This document shows positions 9,828 through 18,875 of a DNA stretch of 64,000 bases, piece after piece (position 1 is the stretch's first letter; each line of letters begins with the position of its first letter). Both the position numbers and the translations under genes were made by a program. The notes under the pieces are model-generated. The model ran no database searches, was not told where the DNA came from, and saw nothing but the letters and a program-made list of their open reading frames with translations. The DNA comes from an uncultured Methanomassiliicoccales archaeon (GTDB lineage: Archaea > Thermoplasmatota > Thermoplasmata > Methanomassiliicoccales > UBA472), in the NCBI GenBank assembly GCA_963732855.1, contig CAVTBB010000003.1, forward strand, positions 285,790-349,789, read 5' to 3'.

Positions 9828-11102
9828 TCAATCTTCCCCCGCCTTGACCACCGTCCGCCCCTTCCCCACCGAACCGCGCCACAGTGCGATGTATGCGGCC
9901 AGCGAGATCACCAGGACCAGGGAGGTGATGAACCATGCAGCTTCGATGGAATATAACCCGGAAACGAATCCCAGAGTGACCGAGCCGATAACGCCTCCCA
10001 TCTGGATCACAAGCGAATCGAAGGACATCAGGGTCGAGCGTTTTTCAGATGGTATCCCTGCATTATACGCTGCTGCATGGGGTGACCCCATGACCCCGAT
10101 GAGCAGATAGACGACGAAATAGAGGACGACGAAACCCAGGACCGTGTTCTGGACCGCCAGTACGGCAATCGACCCCGATAATCCGACCGCCACGACCGCC
10201 AGCGTCAGGTAGAGGTTGCCACGGAAAACATCACATACCTTGCCGGAGAGAGCGGCGCCCATCGATGCCATAGCGAAGTAACCGGCAGCGACCGCTCCGA
10301 ATATCCAGGATTGCGAGTCCGAACCGATGATCCCTTTGAGCTGCGGCTGCCACAAAAGCTCCAAGCTGAAAAGCGCGAACCCGAAAGCCACCATGGCGGT
10401 GAGAAGTAGGCGCGTGTGACGATCGCGGATCCCGAATTCCACAGCATCCCGCAGGACCTTCGGGACTGCCTTGAACCCCTGGGAAACGCTCCCACGCCTT
10501 TCCGGTCCGATGCTCTCGTGGATCATGACGGAAGTGAGCATGAATTGCACGATCAACATGATCGTCATCGCTAGGATGTTCGCCGAGTACCTTCCCATTC
10601 CTGTCAGGCTGGCAGCCGAATCGCCAAACAATGTGGGGATGAATCCGCCCACCAACGCACCCGCTGCAAGACCCGCCGGGATGAAAACATTGGCGGTCCC
10701 TAGTGCTTTTTGCAGGTTCCCGCTGGGGTGCTTCCGGTTGAACTCGTCGACGAACCATGCATCAATAGAACCGGAGGAAAAGGCCCGGGCCACACCAAGG
10801 ATGACGAAACCGATCGCGAAAAAGAGGAAATCCCGACTCACCAGGATGACCACGAGTGCCATCATTGAGATGCCTAGAGACACCAGGTACACTTTCTTCC
10901 GCCCTATGGCATCGGCCAGTCCGCCAGTGGGCAGTTCAAGGACAATGATCGTCCCAGAATAGAGCGCTAGGACCGTTCCCACCTCGATCAGGTTTAGCCC
11001 ATTATCCAACAGGAGGAGAACCATCACCGGCGTGAAGATACCGGGGATGAACCAGTGCACCGTCTGATTGATGACATAGGTGGTAATTAGTCCGTCCTTC
11101 AT
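9828..11102 (-). CDS. MFS-type transporter
   Basis: 424 aa with roughly 12 predicted TM segments and an MFS loop motif (GGLADAIGRKKV). It is inserted between ccmE and ccmF. Confidence 0.7.
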   Translation of the reverse strand: MKDGLITTYVINQTVHWFIPGIFTPVMVLLLLDNGLNLIEVGTVLALYSGTIIVLELPTGGLADAIGRKKVYLVSLGISMMALVVILVSRDFLFFAIGFVILGVARAFSSGSIDAWFVDEFNRKHPSGNLQKALGTANVFIPAGLAAGALVGGFIPTLFGDSAASLTGMGRYSANILAMTIMLIVQFMLTSVMIHESIGPERRGSVSQGFKAVPKVLRDAVEFGIRDRHTRLLLTAMVAFGFALFSLELLWQPQLKGIIGSDSQSWIFGAVAAGYFAMASMGAALSGKVCDVFRGNLYLTLAVVAVGLSGSIAVLAVQNTVLGFVVLYFVVYLLIGVMGSPHAAAYNAGIPSEKRSTLMSFDSLVIQMGGVIGSVTLGFVSGLYSIEAAWFITSLVLVISLAAYIALWRGSVGKGRTVVKAGED

Positions 11103-11169
11103 CTCTTGCGCCTCCGAACAGCTAGGTATGGACCTGAGCTACTGGCTACATATTAAGCCTAACTGTGAG

Positions 11170-11589
11170 TCAATACTTCGACGCGCATCCCACGGTGACC
11201 GCGTCGGCATATAGGGCCACAGGCAGCCCGGATGATATCGCGCCTTTCACAACCACCTCTTTACCGTTCTCGAAACCCGAGGGCAATGTCCCTTTCATGA
11301 CGACGACGATCGTATCGTTCAGATTCGTCCGGTCTGTTAGCGTGAAATTGCCTGACCCGAACCAGTTATTTACTTTACCCTGGACCTCGAGATACTTTCC
11401 GACGTAATTTGATGTGCCAGTGCCAATGGCAGCGGAGTCGTTCGAGATCGGTGTCACCTCTAGGAAGGTCTTTCCTGTTGTATCCCAGCCCCAGAAGATT
11501 ATGACCAGGGCTAAGGCGATTACGACGAAGGCAATCAGGAGGTGCTTCCGTTTGCGGGGCATGCCTTTCTTCTTCGGTTCATTTTCCAT
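11170..11589 (-). CDS. ccmE: heme chaperone CcmE, Cys variant (CxxxY)
   Basis: 139 aa with an N-terminal TM anchor. The OB-fold pattern is YLEVQGKV...FTLTD...IVVVMKGTLPSGFENGKEVVVKG. The C-terminus ends GCASKY*, giving CxxxY in place of the usual HxxxY. Confidence 0.8.
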   Translation of the reverse strand: MENEPKKKGMPRKRKHLLIAFVVIALALVIIFWGWDTTGKTFLEVTPISNDSAAIGTGTSNYVGKYLEVQGKVNNWFGSGNFTLTDRTNLNDTIVVVMKGTLPSGFENGKEVVVKGAISSGLPVALYADAVTVGCASKY

Positions 11590-11728
11590 CTTGCTTGGAC
11601 CTCTGCTTCAGCTCCGCCAGTTCCCTTCTGAGGGCGCACTGTTTTCGATCGATGTAGAACAGATACAGGAACAGGCCCACCCACACCAATGAATAGGCTA
11701 CATAAACCGGAACCATCTCGTTGGCCAT
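11579..11728 (-). CDS. ccmD: CcmD-like small membrane protein (below the ORF-track size cutoff)
   Basis: 49 aa: MANEMVPVYVAYSLVWVGLFLYLFYIDRKQCALRRELAELKQRSKQDGK*. It has a single TM segment and a basic tail. Its ATG overlaps the ccmC stop (TGATG), and its stop overlaps the ccmE start. Confidence 0.6.
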   Translation of the reverse strand: MANEMVPVYVAYSLVWVGLFLYLFYIDRKQCALRRELAELKQRSKQDGK

Positions 11729-12801
11729 CAGGTCTCGCCCCCCATTCTCTGCTTCATGTGCTCGAGCTCGATTATTGCCGCCTCTATTTCAACCCTTTTC
11801 AATAGTATCGCAAGGAAGAGTAAGGAGAATCCAATTACCGATGCCGTTACCGTGACCCCGGCCTCCAGCGACAGACTGCCGGTATCAGATGCTATCACCT
11901 CCGGATGGCTCGACTGCAGCAGCGGGGCGACGCGTGCCGACAACAGACTGAGCGGCACGGTGAGGAATGCTACGACCCCATACACAGAGGACACCCGCGC
12001 CCGGCGCCCCACCTCAGTTATGGCTGGCCTGAGCATCAGGTAACCGATGTATGCCACCCACAAGATGAACGTGGTCACCAGCTTTGTGTCCTCCCAGCGC
12101 CAATACACGCCCCATTCCTCCTTCGCCCAGACCGGACCGGTAAGCAACGCCAGAGTGGCGAATAGTATACCGATCTGGGCTGAGGCGAAGGCGATGGTGT
12201 CCGCCCTTTCATCCCGCTTCCACAGGTAAATCATGCTGGTGACGAACGTGATGAAGAAAGCCAGGTATGACACCCATGCCACCGGCATGTGGAAGTAGAA
12301 TATCTTCTGCGCCAACGGAGCAACGAGTACCCCTGGGTTTGCCCCGGTCGGCGATTGGTCGACGCTGTTCCGATCGCTGGAGATGGCTGCCGATGAAGTT
12401 ACTTTTCCGTCTACGGTCAGGTTTGTGCCGGCCAGGATGGTAAAGTTCGGATCGTATGGAAGAATCACGAGGATCGGTCGTGCCATCCAGAACGGGCTGG
12501 CATAAAAATGGTCGTCGGCCCGTGCGACCGATCCAGCGATGTAATCGCTGCCCTTCCATAGGAGATAATCAGAATGGTCGAGAAGAAGGAACTCATAGTC
12601 AGTTCGATTGACGTCGGGCTCGGTTAGGATGGCAAACCCGGTCACCTTGATCCGGGAACCCTCCACCGACGGCAGAATCTTGTCCGCAGATCGGACCCCG
12701 GTGGTCGGTATCGGTGCGTAGAACGTCGCCAGGTATACGGTCAGGAGGATTAGCGCAATGGCGATGGCCATTAACGGAACGAACAGTTTCTTCACCTTCA
12801 T
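11728..12801 (-). CDS. ccmC: heme exporter protein CcmC with a ~125-aa insertion in the first extracytoplasmic loop
   Basis: Carries the Trp-rich motif WGVYWRWEDTKLV and the conserved His loop FYFHMP. At 357 aa it is longer than the ~250 aa typical of CcmC. The extra segment lies at about aa 36-160. Confidence 0.85.
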   Translation of the reverse strand: MKVKKLFVPLMAIAIALILLTVYLATFYAPIPTTGVRSADKILPSVEGSRIKVTGFAILTEPDVNRTDYEFLLLDHSDYLLWKGSDYIAGSVARADDHFYASPFWMARPILVILPYDPNFTILAGTNLTVDGKVTSSAAISSDRNSVDQSPTGANPGVLVAPLAQKIFYFHMPVAWVSYLAFFITFVTSMIYLWKRDERADTIAFASAQIGILFATLALLTGPVWAKEEWGVYWRWEDTKLVTTFILWVAYIGYLMLRPAITEVGRRARVSSVYGVVAFLTVPLSLLSARVAPLLQSSHPEVIASDTGSLSLEAGVTVTASVIGFSLLFLAILLKRVEIEAAIIELEHMKQRMGGET

Positions 12802-12802
12802 C

Positions 12803-13483
12803 TCAAACCTCCAGGACGTAGTCTATCATCAGGTATCCGACCGCCGCGAAAAGGATGGCGAATCCCAACACTGGCTGCAGCTGAGTAACCAGTCCAGAAT
12901 GGTCACCATTGATCGCGAACCGAGTTGCGGAAACAGCCGGAAGTATGACGGCGAAAATGATCAATGGGATCGATATAACGGGGAACAAAGCAGCCCCAGA
13001 CCGGGTAGTGGATGCTATGGCAGCCACCAGTGTGCCGATCAGGACGATTGCGGTCGAACCAGCGATCATCACTAAACAGACCTCCATGAACGCCCCTGAA
13101 TAATCATAGTTGAAGAACAGGTAGAACATGACCAATGAGAACGAGTTGACGGCCAGGACCAGTATCAGATTGGCGATCACCTTGCCTGCGAACAGGGTTC
13201 CCCGGTCGACCGGACAAAGCAAAAGGGCCTCCATTGTGCCGCTTTGCCGCTCCTTATCGAATGCGGCGTAGATCCCGGTGATGGCAGCGAAGGAGAAACA
13301 TACCCAGAGAGATGCCGAGGAGAGCTCCGACATATCGACGGTACCCGTCCTTACCGAATCCGTGAAGGCAAAACGGAACGCCATGATGATGAGTAGCGAA
13401 AACAGGAGCATCACGCCCAGCAGCTCTTTCGAGCGGGCCTCCACCTTCAGGTCCTTGACGGCCAATGCAATCGCCCCTTTCAT
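12803..13483 (-). CDS. ccmB: heme exporter membrane protein CcmB
   Basis: 226 aa with six predicted TM segments, located between ccmA and ccmC. Confidence 0.75.
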   Translation of the reverse strand: MKGAIALAVKDLKVEARSKELLGVMLLFSLLIIMAFRFAFTDSVRTGTVDMSELSSASLWVCFSFAAITGIYAAFDKERQSGTMEALLLCPVDRGTLFAGKVIANLILVLAVNSFSLVMFYLFFNYDYSGAFMEVCLVMIAGSTAIVLIGTLVAAIASTTRSGAALFPVISIPLIIFAVILPAVSATRFAINGDHSGLVTQLQPVLGFAILFAAVGYLMIDYVLEV

Positions 13484-14193
13484 TAATGCCCCCCCTTCAG
13501 CACGCTCTGGTAGGCTTTGCTGAAATCAGGTGCTAGCATCTCGTCCCGATCGAACGAGGCCGTAATGAGGCCGCCATCCAAGACCACGCCCCGATCGGCT
13601 ATGGAAGCGGCCAATTCGAGGTCGTGTGTCACCATCAGACCCCCACCGCAGCCGCTCTTCTCCTTTTCCAGTATTACAGTGAGAAGATCTACGCTCTTCA
13701 GATCGAGACCGGAGAAAGGCTCATCCAATAGCAGCAACCGGGGAGAGGTGATGAGCGCCCGGGCGATGGAAAGACGTCGTCTCATGCCCATCGACAAGGT
13801 CGCGCTGATGTCGTTCTTTCTAAGGCTTAGACCAAGCTCTTCCAGTAAGCCTTCCGCTCTGGGTTTGAACTCCGATGATGGGCGCCCGGACATGGAATGG
13901 AAGAACCGCAGATTCTCTAACGCTGTGAGCTCGTCATACAGCAATGGTGAATGCATTACCGCCCCGATGGCCCGGCGGGCCTCCACCGGATCATCGGATA
14001 TGTCATTCCCGTCAATGAGCACTTGGCCCTTGTCAGCGGAGGATAGTGTGGCAATGACCTTGAGCAGAGTTGTCTTACCCGCCCCGTTCGGCCCCAGCAC
14101 GGCCACCAGCTCACCATCGCGTAGAGAAAGGGTCACTCCTTTCAAAACCTCTTTCCTGCCATAGGACTTCCATAGGTCCTTTACCTGCAACAT
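13483..14193 (-). CDS. ccmA: heme exporter ATP-binding protein CcmA (ABC ATPase)
   Basis: Walker A GPNGAGKTT, ABC signature LSMGMRRRLSIARAL and Walker B LLLLDEP. It is the first gene of the ccm run. Confidence 0.85.
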   Translation of the reverse strand: MLQVKDLWKSYGRKEVLKGVTLSLRDGELVAVLGPNGAGKTTLLKVIATLSSADKGQVLIDGNDISDDPVEARRAIGAVMHSPLLYDELTALENLRFFHSMSGRPSSEFKPRAEGLLEELGLSLRKNDISATLSMGMRRRLSIARALITSPRLLLLDEPFSGLDLKSVDLLTVILEKEKSGCGGGLMVTHDLELAASIADRGVVLDGGLITASFDRDEMLAPDFSKAYQSVLKGGH

Positions 14194-14428
14194 TTGTGGC
14201 TGCCGCTCCTTGGGAAGTCCTTATCGCACCATATCTGTTATCAATTCTTTTATGACAACGAAGATCCGATCATCGATTTGATGACTCCCCGCGTGATCCG
14301 TCATGAAACAGGCATAGCCCGATTTGTCCGTTCTCCAATATTTCAGTCACATTAGAATCTATGTTTCTCGGCTGGCCCTGTATTCATATCGGGCTCCTAG
14401 GCAAAGGCATATTAAAGATGGAGCTCAA

Positions 14429-15136
14429 ATGGTAATCAAGGGACGGAGGCACGTTCCCCCCATGGAAAGGAAGGTCGCTGTATCATTCATACTTATCGTA
14501 GCTGTCCTGGCTATGGCAATGTCGGTAGCTGCGTTTCCTGAGGTCGGGGTGCCAAACTCCAACAGAGACGCCGATTGTGGATTCCGACCGGGCTGCCACC
14601 AAGCGGACAATTCCCTGAGCCTGTCCATGCAGTCTTCTTCCCTCTCTTTGCAGGCAGGCCAATCCGTATCGGTCTGGGTCAACGTGACCAGGAACGGGGC
14701 CGGCGGAGAAGGAGGAGATGAGGGGGTGAGCCCAATAGCCGTCATCCTTTTAGCCGGAACCGCGACAGGTAACGGGACAAATCCGGCGTCCGTAGGATGG
14801 ACCATCGTCAGCGATCCTTTCGGTACAACGTTCAATGAGAACCAACAGAACGCCGGGGTCGGGCCGACCTCGTACCACTGGACGTTGAAGGCCCCCTCCA
14901 CTGCTGGCACATATAAACTGTTGGCCCAAGGGTACCATGATGGGCCGGCCTTCAACACCTATTCGCTCGGTTTGGCATTCAGCGTTACTAACGCCTCAAC
15001 GCCATCGCCAAATGGGGTATCGGGCACACCACAATCATCTACTCCGATTAGTCCCGGAATCTTCGCCCTCATAGCGGCAACGGTTATTATGATTGCGATC
15101 GTCGCGAGCTGGCTTTTCGTAAGGGGGAGAAAGTAA
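14429..15136 (+). CDS. secreted/anchored protein, divergent paralog ('0') of the Cys/His N-terminal-domain family
   Basis: Start placed at ATG 14429, with GGAG 6 nt upstream; the tracked ORF begins at 14324. It has a signal peptide (ILIVAVLAMAMSVAA), then DCGFRPGCHQ, then GQSVSVWVNVT...GWTIVSDP...YHWTLKAPSTAGTYKL. The C-terminal anchor SPGIFALIAATVIMIAIVASWLFVRGRK is PGF-CTERM-like. Confidence 0.7.
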   Translation: MVIKGRRHVPPMERKVAVSFILIVAVLAMAMSVAAFPEVGVPNSNRDADCGFRPGCHQADNSLSLSMQSSSLSLQAGQSVSVWVNVTRNGAGGEGGDEGVSPIAVILLAGTATGNGTNPASVGWTIVSDPFGTTFNENQQNAGVGPTSYHWTLKAPSTAGTYKLLAQGYHDGPAFNTYSLGLAFSVTNASTPSPNGVSGTPQSSTPISPGIFALIAATVIMIAIVASWLFVRGRK

Positions 15137-15149
15137 GATACGAGGTGAC

Positions 15150-17192
15150 TTGTTCATGAAAAAAACGAGCCTGTTGACATTGCTGGTTGTGCTGGTCGCG
15201 GCCGTCGTCGTGACCACCCCTATCCTGGCGCATAGTGGCGGAGAGGGCGCCGGAAACCAGGAGATCGGCTGTGCCGGTACAAGCAAGCACACCACCGGGT
15301 CGGCGGTGGTCACGATGGCGGGCAGCCCCATGAGCCCGACACCAGGACAACAAGTCACCGTCTGGGTCAATGTGACTGGCGGGGCTACAGTGGGCAGACT
15401 TTACGGGGTCATGATCATCTCGGCCTTAAGCGGATCCTCCCTGCCGTCAGTTGATGGCTGGGTAATTGTCACCGACCCTTCAGGGACCGCGGCGAACAAC
15501 TACTATGAGAGGGCGGCCACCGCGGGACAGAACTCGTTCATGTGGACGCTGACCGCCCCCGCGAGCGGCGGTCACACGCTGTACTCGAAGGCGTACTATT
15601 CCGGGGCAGGTTCCAGCTCGGCAACGATATTCACGCAGGGATTGACCTTTACGGTGAACGCGGTCACGCCTGTAGCCCCGACCGTGGTGATCAATGCTCC
15701 TGCCGCCTCGTCTACCCAATCGGGAACAGCAATGTCAGTCACCGCGACCGTGACCCCCGGCTCTTCAGCCCTTCAGACCGTTACCCTCACTGTCGACGGA
15801 ACGGCGATATCTCCAGCCCAGTCCGTTACCAATCCATCTTGGACTGTGGACACTACCCTCTTCAGCAATGGATCCCGTTCACTCGTAGTCAGTGCCACGT
15901 CGGCAGACGGGACAGGTTCAGCAACCGTAGCGGCTAACTTCGTCAACCCTGGTCCGACGGTCACCTTGACCAGCCCTACCTCAGGATCCACGGTCTCGGG
16001 AACGATCACCGTATCGCTCACCGCGACATCGCTCCCGGGATCGACAATGGGATCGGTTTCCATCAGGGTAGACTCGGGCACTCCGATCCCGTTACCTTCG
16101 CCTTATAGCTACCAGCTTGACACGACCGGATTGACGAACGGAGCCCATATCTTGACCGCCACGGGGACAGACAACCTGGGCAGGATCGATCTCACCCAAA
16201 CCTCTTTCACGGTCGCTAACCAGGGTCCCTCGGTTCTGATACTTCAGCCGGCCGACGGAGCCTCACTGACCGGGAATGTGACAGTGAACTCCACGGTGAC
16301 CCTCGGTCCGATGTCCTCGCCCATAACCCAGGCGGTCTTCAGCGTGGACGGCGTGCCGATCCAGACGAAAACCACTTCACCATATGACTTCGCCCTTGAC
16401 ACTAGCCAATATTCCAACGAGATCCATACCTTAACGGTCATGGCCACCGATGCCAATTCGAATAGTGGCTCTCACACCATCACCGTAACGATCTCGAACG
16501 GAGTGGTTGTCACCAACCCGCCGTCGGTCCAGATATCATCCCCAAGTGATGGGCAGGTTCTGACCGGTACGATATCCGTGAATGCCACTGTGACGGCTGG
16601 AACTAACGCAGTCAATTTCGTTACCATGTCTGTTGACGGGACAATCGTGGGTAACAAGACCGTCGGACCATTTGTTTTCGAATTGGACACATCGCCCTAC
16701 ATGAATGGAAGCCATATCATCAATGTCACAGCCTATGATACGATGGATCTGATGGGCTCCCGATCTTTATCCGCCACGTTTGCCAACGCCACGACCTCGC
16801 CTCCGATGCTATCTCCTCTCCAGATCGTGCAACAGACCGGTTCGACCGAGGTTTCGGTGAGCGTAACAGGCTCAGTCACGAATGTTACCCTCGCGGTGGA
16901 TGGGACGGTTGTCAGGTACAAGACCGTGGCGCCTTTCTCATTCATCATCGATACGACTGTGCTAACCGATGGCCAGCATACACTGAATCTGACTGCAACG
17001 GGTCCGGGTGGAATCACATCTGCGGAAACGACGATAACGGTCAGCCACGGGGCTCAGCAGCCAGTCAGTTCGAACCTATCTCGATGGGAGGCGACCATCA
17101 TTGGGGGGAGCCTGCTTCTGATGGGAGGAGTGGTTTTCATGGTAGCTTCGGTGCTGATGCTGCGCCGATCGAAAATGAGGAGAGTGAAGTGA
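15150..17192 (+). CDS. secreted protein 'A': Cys/His N-terminal domain, five Ig-like repeats and a C-terminal TM anchor
   Basis: 680 aa. The signal peptide ends PILA|HSGGEG. The N-terminal domain covers about aa 28-176 and includes IGCAGTSKH. Five ~90-aa repeats follow the pattern P(T/S)Vxhxx P..G..hxGThxV...V.....h..V.h.VDG......T..P(Y/F).F.LDT....NG.H.h. The protein has many N-x-S/T sequons and ends in a TM segment plus RRSKMRRVK. Confidence 0.8.
   Translation: MFMKKTSLLTLLVVLVAAVVVTTPILAHSGGEGAGNQEIGCAGTSKHTTGSAVVTMAGSPMSPTPGQQVTVWVNVTGGATVGRLYGVMIISALSGSSLPSVDGWVIVTDPSGTAANNYYERAATAGQNSFMWTLTAPASGGHTLYSKAYYSGAGSSSATIFTQGLTFTVNAVTPVAPTVVINAPAASSTQSGTAMSVTATVTPGSSALQTVTLTVDGTAISPAQSVTNPSWTVDTTLFSNGSRSLVVSATSADGTGSATVAANFVNPGPTVTLTSPTSGSTVSGTITVSLTATSLPGSTMGSVSIRVDSGTPIPLPSPYSYQLDTTGLTNGAHILTATGTDNLGRIDLTQTSFTVANQGPSVLILQPADGASLTGNVTVNSTVTLGPMSSPITQAVFSVDGVPIQTKTTSPYDFALDTSQYSNEIHTLTVMATDANSNSGSHTITVTISNGVVVTNPPSVQISSPSDGQVLTGTISVNATVTAGTNAVNFVTMSVDGTIVGNKTVGPFVFELDTSPYMNGSHIINVTAYDTMDLMGSRSLSATFANATTSPPMLSPLQIVQQTGSTEVSVSVTGSVTNVTLAVDGTVVRYKTVAPFSFIIDTTVLTDGQHTLNLTATGPGGITSAETTITVSHGAQQPVSSNLSRWEATIIGGSLLLMGGVVFMVASVLMLRRSKMRRVK
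15212..15640 (+). repeat. copy 1 of a ~430-bp near-identical direct repeat (N-terminal domain coding region)
   Basis: Aligns base for base with 18001..18429 at a constant offset of 2789 nt. I counted about 10 mismatches by eye, clustered at 15448-15500. Confidence 0.9.
15678..17090 (+). repeat. five tandem Ig-like (Big-type) domain repeats at the protein level
   Basis: The repeat units start at PTVVINAP, PTVTLTSP, PSVLILQP, PSVQISSP and PLQIVQQT. Boundaries are approximate. Confidence 0.6.
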
Positions 17193-17193
17193 T

Positions 17194-17892
17194 ATGGTAG
17201 CGATGTCTGCCTTACATTCCCTGACCGCGGAACTGCACACTGGGTTCCTGACCCTGGCATTCGCAGGAATATTCCTGACATTCCTTTGCCAGATGGCGAT
17301 CTCCTGGGAGAAGCACATGCCGCCAGTCCTGGTCCGTTGGGCTCGCTCTATCAGAGGCTACACCGAAGCGGCCGGGATCGTCGGGGCGATCCTGGGGGTC
17401 ATTGTCTTGGTGGCTTCGGGATTCACTGGATACGATGCATATGGAAATTCCAACCAGATACTGGACATTGCGATCACCCGGAACAAGGTCATGTTCACCA
17501 TTTTCGCTACGATACTGTGGACTGCCGTGGTGGTGTTCAGGTTAGCATTCAAACGGAAGCTCTGGACCTCCTTTGAGGTCTCCGGATTGTACACGCTCCT
17601 GGCACTAGGGGCCTATGGCCTTACCGCACTGACTGGATCGATGGGAGGACACATCACCAAGGGCGAGAGCTCCATCGAACCGATACTGAAGATGGTCGGG
17701 TTTGACTACACCCAGCCCTTTGATTTCGAACCTTGGCTGATGGTGCTAGTGGCATTGATGGGGATTGGGGCGTTTATCATGGGACTGGCACAGATCAGGT
17801 TGTCCAAGCTATGGAGGCTTCGGCCGGGGGCAGACGACGGCAACCTACGGACCTGGAGTGAGCCCAGGATGATCGAGAAGGAGGACAATTAA
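17194..17892 (+). CDS. polytopic membrane protein 'A' with conserved His residues, coupled to secreted protein A
   Basis: 232 aa with about 5 TM segments. It starts 1 nt after the upstream stop (TGAtATG). The motifs SALHSLTAELHTGFL, IRGYTEAAGI and GGHITKGESSIEPIL are shared with the paralog at 18875. It is possibly DUF2231-like, but that rests on memory and is unverified. Confidence 0.7.
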   Translation: MVAMSALHSLTAELHTGFLTLAFAGIFLTFLCQMAISWEKHMPPVLVRWARSIRGYTEAAGIVGAILGVIVLVASGFTGYDAYGNSNQILDIAITRNKVMFTIFATILWTAVVVFRLAFKRKLWTSFEVSGLYTLLALGAYGLTALTGSMGGHITKGESSIEPILKMVGFDYTQPFDFEPWLMVLVALMGIGAFIMGLAQIRLSKLWRLRPGADDGNLRTWSEPRMIEKEDN

Positions 17893-17944
17893 ATGCCATG
17901 CACACCACCCGAGCCGAGTACAACACCAAGGGAGGTGCTTTGAA

Positions 17945-18875
17945 ATGATCAAAACAAGATGGTTAACAATATTAGCGGTCGTGTTTGCAGCGGTCGTGCT
18001 GACCACCCCTATCCTGGCGCACAGTGGCGGAGAGGGCGCCGGAAACCAGGAGATCGGCTGTGCCGGTACAAGCAAGCACACCACCGGGTCGGCGGTGGTC
18101 ACGATGGCGGGCAGCCCCATGAGCCCGACACCAGGACAACAAGTCACCGTCTGGGTCAATGTGACTGGCGGGGCTACAGTGGGCAGACTTTACGGGGTCA
18201 TGATCATCTCGGCCTTAAGCGGATCCTCCCTGCCTTCCGTTGACAGCTGGACAATTGTCTCTGACCCTTCAGGGACCGCGACGAACAACTACTATGAGAG
18301 GGCGGCCACCGCGGGACAGAACTCGTTCATGTGGACGCTGACCGCCCCCGCGAGCGGCGGTCACACGCTGTACTCGAAGGCGTACTATTCCGGGGCAGGT
18401 TCCAGCTCGGCAACGATATTCACGCAGGGTATCACATTCAATGTTGGGGGAATCGGCGGAAGCCAGGGCAACACGTCGGTAACAATAACCAACCCGATTC
18501 CTGGAATCTCTGTAGTCGGGACCGTGAGCATCAACGCTAACCCGGTAAACACGGCTGGTATCTCATATGCAGTGCTTCGAATCGATGGCGTCATTATTTC
18601 GAACTTGACCGCCGCACCTTATGAGTGGACCTGGAACACAGCGCAGTATTCCGACGGATTGCACACGATCAACATCACGGCCGCCGGTGCGGACGGTACC
18701 TTCAGGTTACGCGCAAAGGACGATGATCGTATCGAACGCAGCCGCCCGGACCCTTGACCAGAACGCATGGCAGTGGACCGTGGTCGCTCTGCTGCTTTTG
18801 ACAGTCGCAGCGATTTCCGTCATTACCGTGCTGATCCTGATGGTCAGGAAGCGCAAGATGGGAGGTGGAAGCTGA
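17945..18875 (+). pseudogene. secreted protein 'B' (N-terminal domain, one Ig-like repeat and TM anchor), interrupted by a 1-nt frameshift near 18695-18705
   Basis: ORF 17945..18757 ends ...ITAAGADGTFRLRAKDD.... The expected continuation, SGYAQRTMIVSNAAARTLDQNAWQWTVVALLLLTVAAISVITVLILMVRKRK, lies in ORF 18621..18875. That continuation parallels the C-terminus of protein A. Confidence 0.7.
18001..18429 (+). repeat. copy 2 of the ~430-bp near-identical direct repeat
   Basis: See copy 1. Identity stops abruptly at 15640/18429 and decays upstream of 15212/18001. Confidence 0.9.
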
